From Oscillospiraceae bacterium (GTDB lineage: Bacteria > Bacillota > Clostridia > Oscillospirales > SIG627), in contig SVQQ01000007.1 in assembly GCA_015065265.1 (NCBI GenBank), forward strand, positions 475 to 64,474: a stretch of 64,000 nt of DNA, read 5' to 3'. Under the pieces are notes generated by a model. That model saw only the letters and a list, made by a program, of their open reading frames with translations. It was not told where the DNA came from and did no database searches. The number at the start of each line of letters is the position of its first letter. The stretch's first letter is position 1. Position numbers and translations under genes: made by a program. Positions 58,886 through 64,000 of the stretch are shown here, piece after piece.

Positions 58886-60229
58886 TTAACTTTTCTTTTC
58901 CATAAGAATAAAATAAACTGTGGCGAGAATTCCGTAGGGCAGAGGGCAAAACTCACCCGGATTTACCTGTGACATTAAAAACAGTCCCACGTATGACAAA
59001 AGGAAGGTCATATTAAGGGGAGAAGTATTTTTAAAATATATTTTTATTCTTACAAAAAGTTGATAGAGGAAAGCCAAAACTCCTACAAGTCCCATAGAGC
59101 CAAGTATTTGGGCGGTCCACATATGATACCAGTTCATAGCCCCGCTTTTTGGAGCATATATGTCGGAGTTTCCTGTGTATCCCAGTCCCACACCGAAAAT
59201 TTTGTTGGATTTAAAGTCTTCAAGTGCTCTCTTTAACAGTTTTCCTCTGCTCTCATTGGGGGAAGTGAAGAAGTTTTTAATGGCGTCAAAGGTTTCAGAG
59301 AGTCCAAAGTTTTCACTTCTCTGACTTGCATAAAGGACGTTTTCCACAATTTCGGGCAAAATCTTTAAAAAAACGTATCCCAAAGCCACAAGCACTGCGA
59401 TATAGAAGAACTTTAGGAGTTTCTTTCTTTCAAAAAAACATATGTAGCAAACAAAGATTATTATAAGTTCAAGTGTGGCAAAGATGATGGCGGCGCGTGA
59501 CGTACTGATTATGGCGCAAAAGTACATAAAGAGAGTTGCAAAAACGTCAACACCTCTCTTTTTCCCGAAGTACATAGGGAAAGGAAGAGAGAGCATTATA
59601 AAGGTGGAAAGGTTATTTGACGCTTGAAAAAGCAAGGTTTTGCTTTCATCTAAAAGGGTTTCTCTGTTCAGATACAAAAAGAGAAGAACGAGGAAGGACG
59701 CAAAGAGTCCCACGGCGTACATAATCTGGGCAAGGTGATAGGCGGAACTCTTTGAGAAGTGATTTGAAAAGAGCAGGTAAAAAAGAAGAGTTCCAAGCCC
59801 CAAAGAAAAAACGTAGTAAAGAGAGGTGGGGCTAAGGTATTCACCTCTTGAAATTGAGCCAAGCCCACCAAGAGTTACAGCAACCGTTACAGCCACAATT
59901 CCCGAAAAAGAGGGCCCGATTGTGATTTTTCTCTTATATTTTAAAAGGTGGAAAATTACCGCTGCCACAAGGAAAAGCCCGTAATACCACATAGATAAAA
60001 AGGTGGCGGCGGAGTCGTAACATTCGGTGACAAATGCCGAAAGCAAGAGGACAGGCAGAATTGAGGGGGTCAGGTCGGAAAAGAGTATTAGCGTGATACA
60101 GGTGATAAGTCCGAAAAAGATTGCCCCCGACACTTCTTGGTCGTTAATTGCAGTAAAGGCGGATAAAACAAACAGAGAGAAAATATAGACGTTCCAAAAA
60201 CTTTTTCTTTTTAAAAGGTTGTCGAGCAT
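58886..60229 (-). CDS. O-antigen ligase-like (Wzy_C) polytopic membrane protein
   Basis: Has about 11 TM helices and a central loop pattern typical of O-antigen polymerase/ligase-like proteins. The assignment is tentative. Confidence 0.6.
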   Translation of the reverse strand: MLDNLLKRKSFWNVYIFSLFVLSAFTAINDQEVSGAIFFGLITCITLILFSDLTPSILPVLLLSAFVTECYDSAATFLSMWYYGLFLVAAVIFHLLKYKRKITIGPSFSGIVAVTVAVTLGGLGSISRGEYLSPTSLYYVFSLGLGTLLFYLLFSNHFSKSSAYHLAQIMYAVGLFASFLVLLFLYLNRETLLDESKTLLFQASNNLSTFIMLSLPFPMYFGKKRGVDVFATLFMYFCAIISTSRAAIIFATLELIIIFVCYICFFERKKLLKFFYIAVLVALGYVFLKILPEIVENVLYASQRSENFGLSETFDAIKNFFTSPNESRGKLLKRALEDFKSNKIFGVGLGYTGNSDIYAPKSGAMNWYHMWTAQILGSMGLVGVLAFLYQLFVRIKIYFKNTSPLNMTFLLSYVGLFLMSQVNPGEFCPLPYGILATVYFILMEKKS

Positions 60230-60247
60230 TGAGTCTCTCCTTAAAGT

Positions 60248-61240
60248 TTAATATGTGAATTTTATAGTATTTTCCGTAAAGGAACCCATATTTTCCACAA
60301 TCAAGATTGCCACAGGGTCTTTTTCTTCTATAAGGGCTTCAAGCCCTGTGGGGTAAAAGCGTGGGTCAATTAAAATCACGTCGAAATGCTCTGCAAGAAA
60401 AGGGGCAAGAGCCGAAGCGAAACTGTCTCGCACCACAAGTAAAGTTTCTCTTTTCTCCCCTTGAAGTTCTATTGTTATATATGGGTTATTTCCCTTGAAA
60501 TAAACTGTATAGGGGTCAAAAGACGTCAGGCTTTTTAAGTCGTACATTCCCTCAAGGGTCACGTTATTAAGGTCACTGTCGTAGGGGAAGTTCACAAGTG
60601 TTGTAGTAAATTCAGTATAGTTTTCCGAGTAGTAAAGAGTTAAGGCGTCATAAACCTTTTTCTCTTTTATTTTATTGTAGTCACTGCCAAGATAGTTAAA
60701 AAGAGCAACTTCTTTTCTAAAAAAGTCTTCTTCAAGAGGAGTTTTTCCAAGGCTTGAAATTATCTTTCGGTAGGCAAGATATGCACCGTGTGATGTCCAG
60801 TGGTGGTCGGTAGCAAAGTACAGGTCTCCCACACTCTCACTCTTTGACGTGAAAATGCCCGTAAGGTCGATATAGTTTACGTCTGCCTTTTTACATTCAC
60901 TTTTTGCAAGGTCGAAAAGGCGCTTTGCGGGTTCTGTGGAAAAACCTTCGGGAAGAGAGGACAAGAGCACGTCCATTTTCCTTGGCGGAATTGCGAGAAA
61001 TACAGGCAGGTCACACTCTTTTCCAAAGTCGGTTATAACCGATAAATTCTTTAAAAAAGGTTCTTCTCCGTGAAAAGCGTAAAGGGAAATTATGTTTCCG
61101 TCGTCGGCAAGGTATACTCCGTTATATTTTTCTACAATTTTTTCTATTAACCGCTCTTCTTTCTGCTTTTCGGTGTGAAAAACCCCGAAGGCGACAAGAA
61201 TGAGGGCGAAAATCACAAATAAAAACCGTAACTTTTTCAT
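60248..61240 (-). CDS. DHHW family protein (AlgX/AlgJ-like SGNH fold), membrane-anchored
   Basis: Contains the signature FATDHHWTSHGAYLAY. Confidence 0.7.
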   Translation of the reverse strand: MKKLRFLFVIFALILVAFGVFHTEKQKEERLIEKIVEKYNGVYLADDGNIISLYAFHGEEPFLKNLSVITDFGKECDLPVFLAIPPRKMDVLLSSLPEGFSTEPAKRLFDLAKSECKKADVNYIDLTGIFTSKSESVGDLYFATDHHWTSHGAYLAYRKIISSLGKTPLEEDFFRKEVALFNYLGSDYNKIKEKKVYDALTLYYSENYTEFTTTLVNFPYDSDLNNVTLEGMYDLKSLTSFDPYTVYFKGNNPYITIELQGEKRETLLVVRDSFASALAPFLAEHFDVILIDPRFYPTGLEALIEEKDPVAILIVENMGSFTENTIKFTY

Positions 61241-62049
61241 TTTTTCCTCAATATAATAATATAAAAGTCGGCGGTGGTGTCAAAGGTGGACTGCTCCTTT
61301 ATTTTTTCAAGAGCACCTTTGGGTGTACGCCAGAAATAAGGGGTCATTGTGAAAAGATGTTCAAGGTCCTCAGAGTTTTCAAGGTGAATGGGGAAGGTTA
61401 CCCCTACTCTCTTTTCCTCGGTAAAGCCTTTGTATTCTATAAAACTTTCTTCGTTTTCATAAGGGTTTTCGTAGAGTAGTTCTTTTAACTCGAAAAGGTG
61501 TCTCGGGGCGGGAACTACGTAGAGAAGGGCACCGCCTTTTTTCAAAATTCTCAGGTACTCTTCATCTGCCATAGGCGAAAAGACACAGGTTATGAGGTCA
61601 ACGCTTTCGTCTTTAAGGGGTAGGTTGTAGACACTTGCTACCGAAAAGAGAGCCCTCTTTTCTTTTTTTGCCGACAGGTCGGCGGCAAACTTGGATATGT
61701 CAACGCCGAGGCAGTCGCAGGTGCCAAGTGCATCTATTACTCCCGAGGTGTAATACCCTGTACCGCACCCTGCATCAAAGTATAGGGAGTCTGGGGGAAG
61801 GGTGACGTCTTTTGCACATTGTGACAGGGCGAGTCTTAAAGGCTCGTAGTAGCCCTTTTTTAAAAACTCGTCCCGAGAGAGCACCATTTCCTTTGAGTCC
61901 CCAGGTGTTTTCGAGTTCATTTTCCCTGCAGGCAAAAGGTTTACGTAGCCCGATTTTGCCTTGTCGAAGGAGTGGTTTAAAGGGCATTTAAAACTCTTTT
62001 CTACAAGGGTTAATTCTTTTTTACATATAGGACACAGGAAGTTATTCAT
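61237..62049 (-). CDS. rlmA: 23S rRNA (guanine-N1)-methyltransferase RlmA-like
   Basis: Has an N-terminal zinc finger (CPICKKEL...CPLNHSFDKAKSGYVNLL) and the SAM motif DAGCGTGYY. The ATG at 62049 forms an ATGA overlap with the aroK stop. Confidence 0.7.
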   Translation of the reverse strand: MNNFLCPICKKELTLVEKSFKCPLNHSFDKAKSGYVNLLPAGKMNSKTPGDSKEMVLSRDEFLKKGYYEPLRLALSQCAKDVTLPPDSLYFDAGCGTGYYTSGVIDALGTCDCLGVDISKFAADLSAKKEKRALFSVASVYNLPLKDESVDLITCVFSPMADEEYLRILKKGGALLYVVPAPRHLFELKELLYENPYENEESFIEYKGFTEEKRVGVTFPIHLENSEDLEHLFTMTPYFWRTPKGALEKIKEQSTFDTTADFYIIILRKK

Positions 62050-62543
62050 ATCTGCTCCGAAATTGTACGAATTAGTGAGGTGACCGTTTCCGACATGGTA
62101 TCGAGACTGTCTTGGGTGACGTCTGCCCACTTTTCGTAAAGGGGCACTCTTTCGTTATACATATCAAGCAGGGTTTCGCCTTGTCTTTGTGCTATTCCTC
62201 TGTGGGAATAGTCGCCAAGTCTTTCTTTTAAGGTGTCGTAATCTATTTTTATGTATAAAACCTTGCCAAGACTTTTAAAATGCTTCATTGCCCGTTGGGA
62301 ATAGACCGCACTGCCACCTGTGGATATTATGGCGTTTTCGCTAAAGATTTCACAGTTAATTTCTTCTTCAAGGGCGAGGAAGTTTTCCACTCCTTTTTCA
62401 GCGATTATTTCGTGGAGAAGTTTTCCCGTCTTTTCTTGAATGACAAGGTCACAGTCTATGAATTTAAGTCCCAGTGCCTTGGCAAGAAGCACTCCCAGAG
62501 TGCTTTTTCCCGAGGAGGGAAGTCCGATAAGTGTAAGTGTCAT
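62046..62543 (-). CDS. aroK: Shikimate kinase
   Basis: MTLTLIGLPSSGKST is the P-loop. I prefer the start at 62543 because AAGGA lies 7 nt upstream. Confidence 0.85.
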   Translation of the reverse strand: MTLTLIGLPSSGKSTLGVLLAKALGLKFIDCDLVIQEKTGKLLHEIIAEKGVENFLALEEEINCEIFSENAIISTGGSAVYSQRAMKHFKSLGKVLYIKIDYDTLKERLGDYSHRGIAQRQGETLLDMYNERVPLYEKWADVTQDSLDTMSETVTSLIRTISEQI

Positions 62544-62676
62544 TTTTCTATCCTTAAAATATGTTTTCTTCATTATTTATAGTATAGCACATTCCTTCAA
62601 TTTTTCAAGCAAAGAATAGTTCTTTGCATATTTAAAACTTTTTTGATTAAGATAACCTTGAAGAAAGGGTGTTTTT

Positions 62677-63549
62677 ATGAAAAAGAGGATTTGGGAAATT
62701 TTGTTTATTCTGTCAGGCTCCTTGATTTTTTCCTTGTCGGTAGTATGGGTGGCGTCTCCTGTGGGACTTGTGACAGGGGGAGTGTCGGGCGTCGGTATAG
62801 TCGTAAAGGAAGTTACAGGGGGACTTGTTCCCATTTTCGTTACAAGTTTTCTTCTCAACGTGCCTCTTTTTGTCATTTCCCTTATTCAGCGGGGAGCAAG
62901 TTTTATCGCAAAGTCACTTTTCTCTTTTTTGGTAATGACCGTTTTTTTAGCCTTGTTCGAGTACTTTGCACCCCCCTTCAATTTTGAGGGAGACCTGATA
63001 ATTTCTACCCTTATATACGGTGTTTTAGCAGGTGTTGGGCTTGGCTTGATTTTAAGGTCGGGGGCGGTTTCAGGGGGTACGGATATGCTGGCTTCCATTA
63101 TTAAGTACAGGCACCCTCACCTACCTATTTCCCGCCTGATTGTGATAATCGACGTTGTAATAATCGGTGTTGGCGCCTTTGTTTTCGGGTTGAGAATAAG
63201 TGTTTATGCAATCGTTGCCCTTGTGCTTTCTGCCAAGATTATCGACCTTGTCATAAGTAGCGGTGAGTCGGCGAAGGCGGTGTTTATTGTTTCGGTGTGG
63301 TCGGGGGAAATTGCAAGTCGCATTTTCACAGACCTTAAAAGAGGGGCAACGGAAATTGACGGAAAAGGTATGTACACTGGGACGGTTAGGAAGATTCTCT
63401 TTACCGTGGTTTCCAAAAACGAGATACCTCGACTTCGTGAAATTGTCAGTGAAATTGACTCTGCCGCCTTTGTGACGGTAACCGACACGAGACAGGTTTT
63501 GGGCAAAGGTTTTGAGAAAATTGCCATCTCCAAAGACTCACTTTCTTGA
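62677..63549 (+). CDS. YitT family membrane protein (DUF2179 C-terminal domain)
   Basis: Has 5-6 TM helices with GGVSGVGIV and GGTDML motifs, and a C-terminal DUF2179-like domain (GATEIDGKGMYTG). Confidence 0.8.
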   Translation: MKKRIWEILFILSGSLIFSLSVVWVASPVGLVTGGVSGVGIVVKEVTGGLVPIFVTSFLLNVPLFVISLIQRGASFIAKSLFSFLVMTVFLALFEYFAPPFNFEGDLIISTLIYGVLAGVGLGLILRSGAVSGGTDMLASIIKYRHPHLPISRLIVIIDVVIIGVGAFVFGLRISVYAIVALVLSAKIIDLVISSGESAKAVFIVSVWSGEIASRIFTDLKRGATEIDGKGMYTGTVRKILFTVVSKNEIPRLREIVSEIDSAAFVTVTDTRQVLGKGFEKIAISKDSLS

Positions 63550-63639
63550 CGAAAAAGGTGTAAAAACGTCTAAAAAAACTCTATAATAAAGGGCTTTTCA
63601 GGGATTTTAAAAAAAGTTTCACTTTTTTAAAAAAAGGTA

Positions 63640-63668
63640 TTGCATTTTATTTTAACTTGTGCTATAAT
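63640..63668 (+). promoter_or_regulatory. Candidate sigma-A promoter of the 5S rRNA-tRNA transcription unit
   Basis: TTGCAT, a 17-nt spacer, then TATAAT. It lies 22 nt upstream of the 5S 5' end. Confidence 0.55.
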
Positions 63669-63690
63669 AAACAAGCCTTGAGAAAGGTTA

Positions 63691-63806
<116 letters not shown>

Positions 63807-63814
63807 TTTTATAT

Positions 63815-63840
63815 TCCTCCTTAGCTCAGTCGGTAGAGCG
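63815..63840 (+). pseudogene. Orphan 5' fragment of tRNA-Asn (acceptor arm plus D arm only)
   Basis: TCCTCCTTAGCTCAGTCGGTAGAGCG is identical to the first 26 nt of the tRNA at 63913. The downstream sequence cannot form anticodon or T arms. Confidence 0.6.
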
Positions 63841-63912
63841 ATTGAAAGCAAATAAACCGGAAAATTAGCTGCTAAAGAGGAGTCAAAAATAAATGCTGAT
63901 TTTCCACAATAT

Positions 63913-63988
<76 letters not shown>

Positions 63989-64000
63989 CAAAAAGACTTG

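Overview
This window is the chromosomal origin region of a low-GC Firmicutes (Clostridia-like) genome. The minus strand carries dnaA-dnaN-recF-remB(DUF370)-gyrB-gyrA. The dnaA-dnaN spacer has full oriC grammar: DnaA boxes, a GC cluster, TAG trios and an AT-rich tract. The rest is mostly housekeeping: an Rrf2-nifS-nifU-queG operon, putP, uxaC, a ParB-like gene with soj-spo0J and two perfect parS sites, serS, prmC, recA-recX-rimO-pgsA, a Cys T-box with cysE-cysS, fba, aroK, and a stand-alone 5S rRNA followed by tRNA-Asn. I saw no transposase, integrase, cas, RM or toxin genes. The feature that ordinary annotation does not explain is a dense family of modular intergenic repeats. It occupies 8 loci and about 4.1 kb, roughly 6% of the window and nearly every long spacer. 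The family is built from ~270-bp units (modules m1-m5, plus m6 and m7) and a ~163-bp palindromic MITE-like element whose terminal inverted repeats are made of heptamers. Four properties stand out:
- Module m1 sits directly on gene stop codons and is followed by a terminator-like hairpin (m2).
- Several hairpins keep their pairing through compensatory substitutions between copies.
- The arrays fill the 677 nt between the Cys T-box and cysE.
- A related leader sequence is shared with the Fe-S/cysteine desulfurase operon.
Secondary points are a DnaA-box cluster between gyrB and gyrA, a dnaA upstream region with no boxes, a four-gene envelope protease/unknown operon, two unannotated small ORFs, and a duplicated tRNA 5' fragment. 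All coordinates and identities come from reading the sequence by eye. No database searches were run.
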